Origin: an uncultured Gammaproteobacteria bacterium
Lineage (GTDB): Bacteria; Patescibacteriota; Microgenomatia; UBA10105; UBA927
Direction of reading: 5' to 3'
Assembly: GCA_964449585.1 (NCBI GenBank)
Contig: CAYUZE010000005.1
Location: forward strand, 46,596-110,595
DNA: 64,000 bases
The translations under genes were made by a program, and so were the position numbers. Under the pieces are notes generated by a model. It had not been told where the DNA came from. It did not search any database and worked only from the letters and a program-made list of their open reading frames with translations. Of the stretch, positions 18,465 through 28,561 are shown piece by piece (the stretch's first letter is position 1; each line of letters opens with the position of its first letter).

Positions 18465-18764
18465 CTATTTCAAGCCCATCAACATTTCCTTGAGGGACTT
18501 CGGTGCGACAGCAGAGGATTGCTGTTGCTTCTTTTTCTTCTTTGATACATACGTACTGGCGGCAGCCTTTTGCTGCTTGTTTTGGAAGCGTTCCACGCGA
18601 CCCATGGTATCGACAAAGCGCATCTCGCCGGTAAAGAACGGGTGGCATTTACCGCAAATTTCGACCTGTATTTTGTCCTTGGTTGCTCCCACGGTAAAGG
18701 TATTGCCGCAGGCACAGGAAACGACGGCTGACGGATACCATTTCGGATGAATGTCGGATTTCAT
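18465..18764 (-). CDS. rpmE: 50S ribosomal protein L31 with Lys/Gln-rich C-terminal extension
   Basis: [11 protein letters not shown]...CxCG...[10 protein letters not shown] Zn-ribbon; about 30 extra C-terminal residues (KKKKKQQQ...). Confidence 0.8.
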   Translation of the reverse strand: MKSDIHPKWYPSAVVSCACGNTFTVGATKDKIQVEICGKCHPFFTGEMRFVDTMGRVERFQNKQQKAAASTYVSKKKKKQQQSSAVAPKSLKEMLMGLK

Positions 18765-18812
18765 AGAAGACTATTATAGCAAAGAATTTGTATTCCGTAC
18801 AGAGTGGGGTAT

Positions 18813-19238
18813 TTAGGGGTTATTAGGGTCAAATTCGTCATACTTTGCCAGTTTGGCTTGGAGCCGCAGGGATTCCAGTCTCGAGATGGGCTTTCTGCGG
18901 CCGTAAATGGGGTTATTGACGTTGGGATTATCGTCCTTATCCCGCCATTCCATGTAGTAATCCATGACATGTTTGCCCTTAACCTGTTGCAGGGCCACAA
19001 TCGGCACCAGTCGGTACTCCGACGTTATATCAATGCCTCCCGATCTTTCGATAGCCTGCTTCCTCCGTAGGGTTATCTCCATCTCCATGAAATCTCGCGT
19101 AAGTTCGGGAAAAAGCCGATCCGCTTCCGCAAGCTTACGGAGGTTATACACGCCTAAAATACTTGCGGCGATATCTGGGCGTTCCGACCGGGGTGAGGTA
19201 AAGCGTTTTCGCAGTCCGTCAATAAATCCTTCTCCCAT
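18813..19238 (-). CDS. Hypothetical protein
   Basis: 141-aa ORF; no recognisable motif. Confidence 0.3.
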   Translation of the reverse strand: MGEGFIDGLRKRFTSPRSERPDIAASILGVYNLRKLAEADRLFPELTRDFMEMEITLRRKQAIERSGGIDITSEYRLVPIVALQQVKGKHVMDYYMEWRDKDDNPNVNNPIYGRRKPISRLESLRLQAKLAKYDEFDPNNP

Positions 19239-19263
19239 AGCAAAGGTATTGTAGTATACCTCG

Positions 19264-20184
19264 TTATCTTTTGCGAAATCTTATTCCTTTCGATTCTGCC
19301 ACCACGACTCCGATGGCGATGATGACGCCTCCTAACACATAGGAAGGGGTAATCGCTTCCTTAAGCCATACGACGGCAAGGATGGCCGCCCACAGCGGCT
19401 GGAGATAGACGTACAGTGCCGATTCCGATACCTCGATGGTTTTGACCGCGATGTTGCGTATGGTATAGGCGATGGTCCCCGAAAATAGCGCCATATACAG
19501 CACTCCGAGATGCGCTTCAAGCGGTGCGTTCAAAAGTGTGGCAACGACGGTATCGGGTGCCTGTCGAAGGAACAGGATGGGCAAAAAAAGCGCAAACCCT
19601 ACGATAAACTGGGTTTGCGCCACAAGGGTGGCGGCAATACCTTTTTTCATCGCTTCCTTGCTCAATAACGCACCGATGATATCCACGATCACCGCAAGCA
19701 GCATCAAGCCGTTGCCTTCCAGCTTTCCCAGGGTGTCGCTGTGACCGTTAAGAATAAGGGGCCCGATTACCGTGAGAAGTGTTCCCGTTATCGCAACGGC
19801 TATACCGAGTTTCTCATTGAAGCGTATCTTGTCGCGGAAAAAGAGCACGCCGCCCAAGACAAGAAACAAAGGCCCCGCAGCGGTAATAAGACTGCCGGAA
19901 AGGGCCGTCGTTTTATCGAGTGCCTCAAAAAATAAAAAGAGCGACAGGGGAGCGGATACAAACCCCGTAAGGAGGGTAAGTCCCATAAGTGCGGGCTTTT
20001 TGGGAAACGGAACACCCGAAAGCGAAAGAGAGGGAAACGCGATAAGCGTACTCAGGAAAAACCGATAGGTAAGAAACAGCCAGGGGTCAAACCATGTCAG
20101 GGTATGCTTGACGACCGGGCTTGCCGCTCCCCACATCAGTGAAACCAAAAGAAGATAGAACGCGGCGGTAGTCCGTTTATTCAT
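19264..20184 (-). CDS. EamA/DMT-superfamily transporter
   Basis: About 10 TM helices, duplicated EamA-like halves; start set at the internal Met to avoid overlap with hisS. Confidence 0.55.
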   Translation of the reverse strand: MNKRTTAAFYLLLVSLMWGAASPVVKHTLTWFDPWLFLTYRFFLSTLIAFPSLSLSGVPFPKKPALMGLTLLTGFVSAPLSLFLFFEALDKTTALSGSLITAAGPLFLVLGGVLFFRDKIRFNEKLGIAVAITGTLLTVIGPLILNGHSDTLGKLEGNGLMLLAVIVDIIGALLSKEAMKKGIAATLVAQTQFIVGFALFLPILFLRQAPDTVVATLLNAPLEAHLGVLYMALFSGTIAYTIRNIAVKTIEVSESALYVYLQPLWAAILAVVWLKEAITPSYVLGGVIIAIGVVVAESKGIRFRKR

Positions 20185-20206
20185 GGGCAGTATATATATA
20201 ACAAGA

Positions 20207-21418
20207 TCAGTCGGTACCAAACAACGAAGGGAGTTCGGTAAGCGACACTGCTTTTTGTTCTTTGGTTTTCATATTCTTGAGCGTGACGGTATTTTTTGCC
20301 TGTTCTTCGCTTCCGGCAATGACGACAAACGGGATAGCGTTTCTATCGGCGTATTTAAGCTGTTTTTCCAATTTGTCCGCGGCAGGATATAAATCGGCGG
20401 CCACTTGCTTATCGCGGAGTGTTTTTGCAATCTGCAGAGAATACGGTCGCTCTTTTTCGGAAAATACGGTGACCAGTACCTGTCCCGCGGTGGTAAGACC
20501 GGGAACTATTCCCATGATTTCAGCCGCTTCCAGGGTGCGATCAAATCCTACGGCAAACCCTGTGCCGCCGATATCGCGCCCCGCAAATTTTGCGAGCAAC
20601 CCGTCGTACCGTTCGCCGCCCAACACCGACATGTTATACCCCGCATCGGGAACTTCCACTTCCCATATAGGCCCCATGGAGTACGAAAATGAACGGGCAA
20701 TCGTCGGATCAAAAGCAAACCAATCGTCGGAAAACCCGTAATCTTTGAGATAGGTGAGGATGAACGAAAGTTCCTCATTCGGTTTCAGATTTTTGACATA
20801 GGAAAGGTATTCTTTTGCCGTATCAAGTGCGATACCTTTCTTTTCCATATCGGACAGCACGCCGTCATCGCCGATTTTTTTGATTTTATCGATGGCAACG
20901 ATGGCCTCATACGGCATATCCTTAAACAGCGCGCGTGAATTGATGCGAACGAGCGCGTTTTTAAAACCAAGCTGCCGATAGATATCCAAAGAAAGCGCGA
21001 TTACTTCCGCATCCGCATCGGGTGTTTTGATACCGAAGATATCCGCATCCGCCTGGGTAAATTCGCGATACCTGCCTTTTTGCGGTTTTTCCGCCCGGAA
21101 GGCGGGCTGTATCTGATATCGCTTGAAGGGAAACGCGAGCGTGTTTTGATACTGTGCGATTACCCTGCAGGTGGGGACGGTTTGATCATAGCGGAGCGCC
21201 ACGTCGCGATCACCCTGATCCTTGAACTTAAAAAACAGTTTTTCGTCTTCGCCGATGGCGCCCGCAAATATCTCAAGCGGTTCCAATGTTGGCGTTTCGA
21301 GCGGGGCAAATCCCCAGGAAGTAAAAATTCCGGAAAGCTTATCCCGCAACCATTTGCGTTTCGCCGCCTCAGCGGGAAGAAAATCACGAAATCCTTTAAG
21401 GGGTAAAATTGTGTTCAT
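20207..21418 (-). CDS. hisS: Histidine--tRNA ligase
   Basis: GFRDFLP start motif, class II motifs (FKRYQIQPAFRAEKPQKGRYREFTQ), C-terminal anticodon-binding domain. Confidence 0.85.
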   Translation of the reverse strand: MNTILPLKGFRDFLPAEAAKRKWLRDKLSGIFTSWGFAPLETPTLEPLEIFAGAIGEDEKLFFKFKDQGDRDVALRYDQTVPTCRVIAQYQNTLAFPFKRYQIQPAFRAEKPQKGRYREFTQADADIFGIKTPDADAEVIALSLDIYRQLGFKNALVRINSRALFKDMPYEAIVAIDKIKKIGDDGVLSDMEKKGIALDTAKEYLSYVKNLKPNEELSFILTYLKDYGFSDDWFAFDPTIARSFSYSMGPIWEVEVPDAGYNMSVLGGERYDGLLAKFAGRDIGGTGFAVGFDRTLEAAEIMGIVPGLTTAGQVLVTVFSEKERPYSLQIAKTLRDKQVAADLYPAADKLEKQLKYADRNAIPFVVIAGSEEQAKNTVTLKNMKTKEQKAVSLTELPSLFGTD

Positions 21419-22452
21419 ATAACCTCCTTTGATGGTAACAAGTTATTTTTGCTTACACAAGCGAGTGCGGCATCGAGTCGCTTAAGAAACTCACCGTTCG
21501 TGCGCTTGTCTTTAATCGAAATTCTAAACCCTTTTGTGGTGTTTCCCGGGAAAAATTTGCCGTCGATTACACTTACGCCGCGCGTTGCTAACGCCCGAAT
21601 TACCGCGGCATTATCGGATCGGGAAACAAACAGGTTATTCGTCACCGAGGCGGAAACGCGAAAACCGCGTTGTATGAGTGCCTGTGTCATTTTTCGTCGT
21701 TCGGATGCGATAAACCGCTTTGTTTTTTCGATAAATGCCTTGTCGGAAAGCGCCGCTTGGGCGGCTTTGATTGCCTGCATGCTTACCGGAAAAGGTTGAA
21801 TAATCTCCTTCATCCTCCGGATAACCCGATCGTTACCGAACGCGGCTCCTATGCGAAGTCCGGCAAGCCCGTAGACCTTGGAAAACGTCCGTAACACGAC
21901 AAGATTCTTCCTTGCACGGAGCGTATCGATCATCGTGGTGTCACAAAACTCGGCGTTTGCTTCATCGATCACGACGACACGGGGATTTATGGCATCAATG
22001 ACGGCATTGAGTTGGACGGTGGACCGTTCTATCCCTCCCGGAGTCGTGGGATTTGCCATAAAAAGCAGGGCGGGTCGGCTTCGTCGTTTGGTAACCGATG
22101 AAGCATCAAAAAACCGTACGGTTGCACCGCAAAGTTGCGGCTCTTTAGAAAACAGGAAAAACGATCCCGCTTCAACAAATACGGTATCACCCGGCGTAAG
22201 AAATGCCTGGCTGACGAGCTTAATGAGCATTTCCGATCCGTTGCCCAGGATGCAGTTTTCTTTTGTTATCCCGTACGTAGCTGCCAACAGCGTGATGAAA
22301 GAATCGGTATCGGGATACCTGCTCACCTCCGTCATTGGTACGGCGGTAAGCGCTTCTAACACACGGGGAGAACACCCGAGCGGATTCACGCTTAAGGTCA
22401 TATCGATTGTCCGTTTCCGGACGCTTGTCGCATATGCTTTCGGTAGTTTCAT
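21415..22452 (-). CDS. Class I/II PLP-dependent aminotransferase (histidinol-phosphate aminotransferase-like)
   Basis: 345 aa; NPTTPGG and FSKVYGLAGLRIG (PLP-Lys region) are typical of HisC/CobD-type aminotransferases. Confidence 0.6.
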   Translation of the reverse strand: MKLPKAYATSVRKRTIDMTLSVNPLGCSPRVLEALTAVPMTEVSRYPDTDSFITLLAATYGITKENCILGNGSEMLIKLVSQAFLTPGDTVFVEAGSFFLFSKEPQLCGATVRFFDASSVTKRRSRPALLFMANPTTPGGIERSTVQLNAVIDAINPRVVVIDEANAEFCDTTMIDTLRARKNLVVLRTFSKVYGLAGLRIGAAFGNDRVIRRMKEIIQPFPVSMQAIKAAQAALSDKAFIEKTKRFIASERRKMTQALIQRGFRVSASVTNNLFVSRSDNAAVIRALATRGVSVIDGKFFPGNTTKGFRISIKDKRTNGEFLKRLDAALACVSKNNLLPSKEVI

Positions 22453-22632
22453 AGTGCTCCTTTCATACTTTTTCCCATAAAAAAACCCGCCTTATTGCGG
22501 GTTTCACGGTGCATAGAGGTTGTCTTTATCGCACGAGATACCCGCCCAAGCAAGGATGGGTATGGTACCAACCGGCGGTGCGAGTTATCATCATACGTCC
22601 TGTAGTATATGGAAAGTGAAAGCGGGTGTCAA

Positions 22633-23748
22633 CTAGACGATCAGCGGTTTTTTGTGACTTCGTGACAGTACGGTTATCCCGTCGGCAGTAATTTCGACTA
22701 GATCCTCAATACGAATGCCAAACGATCCTGCAATATATACTCCCGGTTCAACGGTAACAATCATACCGGTACGAAGGATTGCTTCCCGGGCGACGGTGAG
22801 CCGGGGGGCTTCATGGACGTCAAGGCCGACGCCGTGTCCCAGGCTATGCGGATACACGGGAAAGTTAGCTTCCGCAATCACTTCCCGAGCCGCGGCATCC
22901 AGGGTCGCGCCGTTTCGTTCACCGTCCGAGAGAAGTGAGAGTGCTTTTTTATTGGCATCGGATACGGCAGTATAGGCTGCAAGCCACTCGGGTTTGGGGT
23001 TCCCCACAAAAAGCATGCGGGTCATGTCGGCGGCGTAGCCTTCCACTTTTGCGCCGAAATCTAAGAGTACGATGTCGTTTTGGGCAAGAGCGGCATGGGA
23101 TATATGACTTACGCCGTAGTGGGGAAGCGCGGTGTTTTTTCCGAACGCCACGATAGGAGCAAACGCATTTTCCGCGCCGTGATGACGAAAAAATGATTCT
23201 ATATGCGTCACGATCTCTGCCTCGGTCGCTCCCGGTCGTAGTGAGGGTACCATTTCCGACAGACACCGGTCGGTGAGTTCTGCGGCGGCACGGATTCGGA
23301 CGATCTCTTCGTGTTTTTTTACTACCCTAAGGTTCTCTATGCGGTCGCCGGTGGGAACAAACTCGATGCGGGGGATTTTTTCGCGAAACCGCGCCAGTTC
23401 ATAGACGGTACAATTTTTTTCTTCAAATCCCAGCCGTTTCACTGCAGTTGCGGAAACAAGATGCTCCAATGCGCGGGTGATCGTCAGATCCTTCCCCAAG
23501 AGGACGAGTCGAACGGGAGTGCCGGTTGCCGCCGCGGGATTAGTGTGGACAAGATTTTCCGCGGTTTCCCGGTACAGTCCGTAGGTGAAAAGATGCACCG
23601 CATCGTTGGTAACCAAAACGTATGATTCCCTCTCCGTCGGCGCCACACCTGCAAATCCCGTAAGATATCTGATATTTGTAGGGTTGGTGACAAGTAATGC
23701 GTCAAGACCGTGAAGCAGTTGCGCGTTCATGGGGATATTATACGTCAC
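22633..23748 (-). CDS. pepP: Xaa-Pro aminopeptidase / M24-family metallopeptidase
   Basis: Creatinase-like N-domain plus M24 motifs (HSLGHGVGLDVHEAP, metal-ligand D/H/E residues). Confidence 0.8.
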   Translation of the reverse strand: MTYNIPMNAQLLHGLDALLVTNPTNIRYLTGFAGVAPTERESYVLVTNDAVHLFTYGLYRETAENLVHTNPAAATGTPVRLVLLGKDLTITRALEHLVSATAVKRLGFEEKNCTVYELARFREKIPRIEFVPTGDRIENLRVVKKHEEIVRIRAAAELTDRCLSEMVPSLRPGATEAEIVTHIESFFRHHGAENAFAPIVAFGKNTALPHYGVSHISHAALAQNDIVLLDFGAKVEGYAADMTRMLFVGNPKPEWLAAYTAVSDANKKALSLLSDGERNGATLDAAAREVIAEANFPVYPHSLGHGVGLDVHEAPRLTVAREAILRTGMIVTVEPGVYIAGSFGIRIEDLVEITADGITVLSRSHKKPLIV

Positions 23749-23758
23749 CCGAGGGGTA

Positions 23759-24565
23759 TTACGGGGTAGGCGTTTGTGTAACCTTCGGTGTCACTTTGGG
23801 CGTCGCCGAGCTTGATGCAACGGGAGTTGCTACCGCGGTAGGGGTAGATGCGGCGCCGGTGACGTTGCCGAGGTCGAGGATGCGAACGGCACTATACGTG
23901 TTCTCTTTTTTTGCGACGGGGGTCGCGGTGATATGGACGGTATCACCCACGGCTATTTTGGAAAACCCTCCCTTGGCGATACCGCCCGCTTTGGTCCACA
24001 TGGTGGTTTTGGTTGTCCGTTCGATATCGACGGTAAGTATGCGTCCTTCACCCGTGTTTATCGTCAGGACAAAATCCTCATCATCAACATCGACGACGAT
24101 GCCCGACACGCGGGTGACGGTACTGCCGCTTTCAATAAATATATACCGTGCTTTCAGTAAGTCCAGCGTTTCGTCATACGTGCCGAATACGGTTACCACG
24201 TCTTTGGGTTCGATTTTATCGACGGCAAGTGAGGTTCGTTTCCCGGCAATCATTTGGGTCACCGTCACGTCGTCGGTAAGTTCGATTTTTATATCCTTGG
24301 TCTTTGTCTCGATGCTTGCCGATGTTACCGATACGGATTTTACGGTACCGCTCATCGCCCGTTTCACCACCGTACGAAGTTCCGCCACTTTTGTTGCGAG
24401 TCGCGCCTTCAATTCTTCCATTTGGGCACTGCCTGATGCCGGCGTCGCGGCAGTCGGTCTTGTTGTGGCGGCAGGAGAACCTTCCTGTGCCGTGACCGGT
24501 GCGAAGGGGGACACAAGAAATAAAATAACCAATACGATACCACTTATTGTCTTATAGAGTGACAT
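23759..24565 (-). CDS. Secreted hypothetical protein (signal peptide; Thr/Pro-rich C-terminus)
   Basis: N-terminal hydrophobic signal-like segment; beta-rich repetitive middle region. Confidence 0.4.
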   Translation of the reverse strand: MSLYKTISGIVLVILFLVSPFAPVTAQEGSPAATTRPTAATPASGSAQMEELKARLATKVAELRTVVKRAMSGTVKSVSVTSASIETKTKDIKIELTDDVTVTQMIAGKRTSLAVDKIEPKDVVTVFGTYDETLDLLKARYIFIESGSTVTRVSGIVVDVDDEDFVLTINTGEGRILTVDIERTTKTTMWTKAGGIAKGGFSKIAVGDTVHITATPVAKKENTYSAVRILDLGNVTGAASTPTAVATPVASSSATPKVTPKVTQTPTP

Positions 24566-24570
24566 AGGTG

Positions 24571-25023
24571 TTAAAAATCCTCCGGTGTGTAATACACGGT
24601 AACCGTCTGCATTTGTACCTTTTCTCCGGTATAGCTTGTCACGATAATATCATTCTTACCTTCGGTAAGCGCAATTTTTCCGGCATAGGAGCCCTGCGCA
24701 TTGGCAACCGCTACCGTTTCGGTGCCGTCGGTTTCAATGACCACAATAGATTCAGGTTGCACGGAACCGGAAACAAGCGTTTCATTTTTCGGCTCAATCG
24801 CCTCTGGCAGCGGACTTTGAATTGTGAGGCCCTCACCCGGTTTAGGAGTGGGGGTGGGTTTCGGTTTGTCCTTTTGGGTGAACAATGAGGATATTCCTGA
24901 CAGGTTAGGGAGTCTGATGGACGGAAAATTTTTGATAAGCGACGGACCCAAGAATACCGCGGCAGCGATAATGAGACCTACGCCGAATCCTATGACTGTT
25001 GCGAGTAGTGCGTCTTTATTCAT
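24571..25023 (-). CDS. Membrane-anchored hypothetical protein (Pro/Thr linker, beta-rich ectodomain)
   Basis: Single N-terminal TM helix then KPKPTPTPKP linker. Confidence 0.4.
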   Translation of the reverse strand: MNKDALLATVIGFGVGLIIAAAVFLGPSLIKNFPSIRLPNLSGISSLFTQKDKPKPTPTPKPGEGLTIQSPLPEAIEPKNETLVSGSVQPESIVVIETDGTETVAVANAQGSYAGKIALTEGKNDIIVTSYTGEKVQMQTVTVYYTPEDF

Positions 25024-25164
25024 ACCGATGTTTCATCACGGAAACAGCGAAATAACCGATGGTTTTCAACATGAAATAACTACACGAGGCAGGAAAATCC
25101 CTAAGCTTATAGCAAAGGGATATGTTGCTTAGGATACTGAAATCTGATATAAAATGCAACTACT

Positions 25165-25791
25165 ATGGAAATACTTCCTCTCGGTCATTCATCGTTCCGT
25201 CTTCGAGGTAAAAATGCAACTGTCGTCACCGATCCGTTTGACGGTAAAGATATGGCTGTTAAGTTTCCCAAACATATTGAGGCAGACATCCTTACCGTTT
25301 CCCATGATCATGCCGATCACAATGCGGTAAGCCTTGTCGGCGGTAGTCCTTTTGTCATCCGCGGACCGGGAGAGTATGAGATAAAGGGCGTGGCGGTGAT
25401 CGGTATTTCCACCTTTCATGATGCGAGCGAAGGGAGCGAACGGGGCAGAAACACCGCGTATCGGATAGAAATCGACGGGGTGAAGATTGCCCATCTGGGA
25501 GACGTCGGTCATGTATTAACTTCCGCACAGCTCGAGTTGCTCGACGGTATCGATATCCTTATGGTTCCGGTAGGGGGTATTTATACCATTGATGCGGAGA
25601 AAGCCTCGCAGGTTATTGCCGATATCGAACCGCGCATCGTTATTCCGATGCATGACAGTCGATCCAACCCGGCACTTGCCCCCGTTGCGGCATTCTTAAA
25701 GCAAATGAACAAAGAAGTGACCCCCGTGCCGAAGTTGACCGTCAGTCGCGACAAACTCCCGCAAGAGATGCAGATTGTCGTACTGGAATAA
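25165..25791 (+). CDS. MBL-fold metallo-hydrolase
   Basis: HxHxDH motif (VSHDHADHN) and further His/Asp ligands (IAHLGD, PMHD). Confidence 0.65.
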   Translation: MEILPLGHSSFRLRGKNATVVTDPFDGKDMAVKFPKHIEADILTVSHDHADHNAVSLVGGSPFVIRGPGEYEIKGVAVIGISTFHDASEGSERGRNTAYRIEIDGVKIAHLGDVGHVLTSAQLELLDGIDILMVPVGGIYTIDAEKASQVIADIEPRIVIPMHDSRSNPALAPVAAFLKQMNKEVTPVPKLTVSRDKLPQEMQIVVLE

Positions 25792-25792
25792 C

Positions 25793-27145
25793 ATGGCAAA
25801 CCCCAAAGTTCCTCCGCATGACGAAGTCGCCGAACAATCGGTATTAGGCGCTATTCTTATCGATAAAGACGCGATGGTGGACGTGGCGGAGTTTTTGCGT
25901 CCCGGACATTTTTACCGGGATGCCAACGCCATGGTCTATGAAGCCATGATGGAGTTATATGAGCTGCATGATCCCATCGATGTGGTAACCGTGAGCGCAC
26001 AGCTGAAGAAAAACGGCAATATAAAAACCGTCCCTGCCTCCTACGTTTCCGACCTGGTCAATGTGGTGCCCACGAGTGCACACGCGGAGCAATACGCGCG
26101 CATTATTTCAGAAAATGCCACAAAACGCCGCCTTGTTGATGCGGCGGCGAAGATAACGGAGATGGCGTTTCGGGAAGAGGGTGCGGCAAATAAGATTGTC
26201 GATGAAGCGGAGTCGGAAATTTTTGCCATTTCCCAATCAGCGATCCGACGGGATTTCATGCCGATTAAAGATGCGCTGGCCGCATCGTTTGATCGTTTGG
26301 ATGAACTGCATAAACGGGCGGGGGGGTTGCGCGGTGTTCCCACGGGTTTTGTGGAGTTGGACAATAAACTTGCCGGTATGCAGGACGCCAACCTTATCAT
26401 CTTGGCTGCCCGTCCGGGAACGGGGAAGACCGCCATGATCCTTAATATGGCGCAACATGTGACGGTCAAGGAAAAAATTCCCACCGGTATTTTCTCGCTC
26501 GAAATGAGTAAGGAGGAATTGGTGGATCGTTTGCTGGTATCACAGGCGGATATCGAAGCGTGGAAGCTAAAAACAGGCAAACTCACGGACGACGATTTCA
26601 CCAAACTTTCCGATGCGATGGGGGAGCTTGCGGAAGCGCCGCTATTTATCGACGACACCCCGGGAATGAATATTATCGAGATGCGCACCAAAGCACGGCG
26701 TCTCCAAGTGGAACACGGGGTAAAGCTGATCATGGTGGACTATTTACAGCTCTGCGATCCCGGGAGAAAGTTTGATAACCGCGTGCAGGAAGTTTCCATC
26801 ATCTCGCAAAGCCTTAAAAATCTTGCCCGCGAGCTCAGGATTCCCGTTCTTGCGTGTTCCCAGTTATCCCGGGCGGTGGAAACCAGGGGAACGAGAGTGC
26901 CGGAATTATCCGACCTTCGTGAATCCGGTTCCATCGAACAGGACGCCGACGTGGTTATGTTCTTGTACCGCGAAGATGCCGATCAGGCGATGTGGGGAGA
27001 CCAGATTCAGACAAAGCTTCGTATCGCCAAACACCGAAACGGTGCGTTGGGAGAGATCGATCTGATCTTCAGGGGAGACAGAATCCGGTTCTATTCGGTT
27101 GATCGCAAACACACGGAGGCCGCTCCTCCTCCCGCGGCACACTAA
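25793..27145 (+). CDS. dnaB: Replicative DNA helicase DnaB
   Basis: N-terminal PPHDEVAEQSVLGAIL motif, Walker A (ARPGTGKTA), Walker B, RecA-like C-domain. Confidence 0.9.
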   Translation: MANPKVPPHDEVAEQSVLGAILIDKDAMVDVAEFLRPGHFYRDANAMVYEAMMELYELHDPIDVVTVSAQLKKNGNIKTVPASYVSDLVNVVPTSAHAEQYARIISENATKRRLVDAAAKITEMAFREEGAANKIVDEAESEIFAISQSAIRRDFMPIKDALAASFDRLDELHKRAGGLRGVPTGFVELDNKLAGMQDANLIILAARPGTGKTAMILNMAQHVTVKEKIPTGIFSLEMSKEELVDRLLVSQADIEAWKLKTGKLTDDDFTKLSDAMGELAEAPLFIDDTPGMNIIEMRTKARRLQVEHGVKLIMVDYLQLCDPGRKFDNRVQEVSIISQSLKNLARELRIPVLACSQLSRAVETRGTRVPELSDLRESGSIEQDADVVMFLYREDADQAMWGDQIQTKLRIAKHRNGALGEIDLIFRGDRIRFYSVDRKHTEAAPPPAAH

Positions 27146-27148
27146 TCT

Positions 27149-27439
27149 ATGAAAGAAGTCGAAAGTGAAGGACTTCGTATTAAAGATCTTCGCAGACAGC
27201 CGAACGCTTCATCATTGGAAACCTGGGAAATTTTATCGGTTCCTACCGGTCGAGGGAAGCGTCCGTTCCGGACACTCGTTTTGTTGGGAGATGTGGATGC
27301 CGCCGTACAACATGCAAAGTTTGTGTCGGAAACCAAACGCTCTATGGATCTTACCCGAGCAAGACTCCTCACCGTATCGTATGACGAGGCAAAAAAGTGG
27401 GGTCTGGTTGCGGGAGTTTCAGTGATAGAATCTTCCTAG
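27149..27439 (+). CDS. Hypothetical protein
   Basis: 96-aa ORF; no recognisable motif. Confidence 0.25.
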   Translation: MKEVESEGLRIKDLRRQPNASSLETWEILSVPTGRGKRPFRTLVLLGDVDAAVQHAKFVSETKRSMDLTRARLLTVSYDEAKKWGLVAGVSVIESS

Positions 27440-27464
27440 GTACCCTTGGTATAATAGACTTCTT

Positions 27465-27549
27465 GCCGAGGTGGCGGAATGGCAGACGCTCAGGTCTCAA
27501 AAACCTGTGAGCATAATAGCTCGTGGAGGTTCGACTCCTCTCCTCGGCA
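27465..27549 (+). tRNA. tRNA-Leu (anticodon CAA)
   Basis: Hand-folded cloverleaf: 7-bp acceptor GCCGAGG/CCTCGGC, 3-bp D-stem, anticodon stem CAGGT/ACCTG with loop CUCAAAA, long variable arm (type II), T-loop GGTTCGACTCC. Confidence 0.8.
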
Positions 27550-27593
27550 CCCGTTAGATAAAATCTCCGTCAATTGAAGAAGGGAGCGTAGCT

Positions 27594-28550
27594 ATGAAAC
27601 TGAAGGATCTCTATGCATTGGCGGTACAAATGGGTATTGACGCTGACCCCCGCGGGACGCAACGCGTAAAGAAACTTTTGGAGCGACGCAAAAAAGAATA
27701 CGATGAACTTCCCGCAGCAAAAAAAGCGGAATATGATACGGAAGATTTAACAAACCCCTACACCGACTCCCGTATCTATCTGGGTGAACCCGAACAAGAG
27801 GTGGATTCGATCATGGCGGGCATCGATATCAATGCCGCCGAAGTATTGCTTGCCGATCGCTTAAACCAAAAGGGCGAAAGTATCGATCTGTTGCTCACGC
27901 ATCACCCGGAGGGAGCTGCCCTTGCCTCGCTGCACGAGGTGATGGAAGTCCAGGCGGATATTTGGGCGAAGTACGGGGTTCCCATCAACATCGCCGAAGG
28001 AGTCATGCGGGATCGGATCGGTGAAGTGCAGCGACGGTTTTCACCGATCAATCATACCGAGGCGATTGATGCGGCACGGTTATTGGGATTGTCCTTCATG
28101 GGGATGCATACGGTCACGGACAATCTGGTGCATCAGTATATGGAGGATTTATTTACCAAAAACAATCCGGAAACGGTCGGCGATATCATGGATCTTCTGA
28201 AAAATGAACCGGAGTACCGTGAGGCTATGAAAGGGAAAGCGGGTCCGGTGATTTTTGCAGGAGATGCCAAGAATAGAGCGGGAAAGATAGCCCCCATCGA
28301 ATTTACCGGCGGCACGGAGCCTTCTCACATCGTCTATGAAAAACTCGCCATGGCCGGGGTGGGCACCGTTATCGGGATGCATGCGGGAGAAGAACACCGA
28401 AAAGAGGCGATGAAACATCATATCAATCTGGTTATTGCCGGTCACATGAGCTCGGATAGTTTAGGGATGAATCTCTTGCTTGATGCGTTTGAAAAGCAGG
28501 GGGTGAAAATCATTCCCTGCTCGGGGCTTATCCGGGTGAAACGGAACTAA
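27594..28550 (+). CDS. Nif3/YqfO-family dinuclear-metal-centre protein
   Basis: LLTHHPE and IAGHMSSDSLGMN motifs characteristic of Nif3 (DUF34). Confidence 0.55.
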   Translation: MKLKDLYALAVQMGIDADPRGTQRVKKLLERRKKEYDELPAAKKAEYDTEDLTNPYTDSRIYLGEPEQEVDSIMAGIDINAAEVLLADRLNQKGESIDLLLTHHPEGAALASLHEVMEVQADIWAKYGVPINIAEGVMRDRIGEVQRRFSPINHTEAIDAARLLGLSFMGMHTVTDNLVHQYMEDLFTKNNPETVGDIMDLLKNEPEYREAMKGKAGPVIFAGDAKNRAGKIAPIEFTGGTEPSHIVYEKLAMAGVGTVIGMHAGEEHRKEAMKHHINLVIAGHMSSDSLGMNLLLDAFEKQGVKIIPCSGLIRVKRN

Positions 28551-28561
28551 CAATCGACGCT

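Noticed and set aside
17684-18764. Programmed +1 frameshift (RF2-style) to explain the short release factor
   Set aside because: The protein carries the RF1 PST motif, not the RF2 SPF motif. An in-frame TAA sits 21 nt upstream, and the whole upstream space to rpmE is 82 nt. That is far too small to encode the about 110 missing residues in any frame.
27465-27549. tRNA-Leu as the integration site of a mobile element
   Set aside because: The tRNA is intact with ordinary flanking genes (Nif3, hypothetical). There are no nearby integrase or direct repeats of its 3' end.
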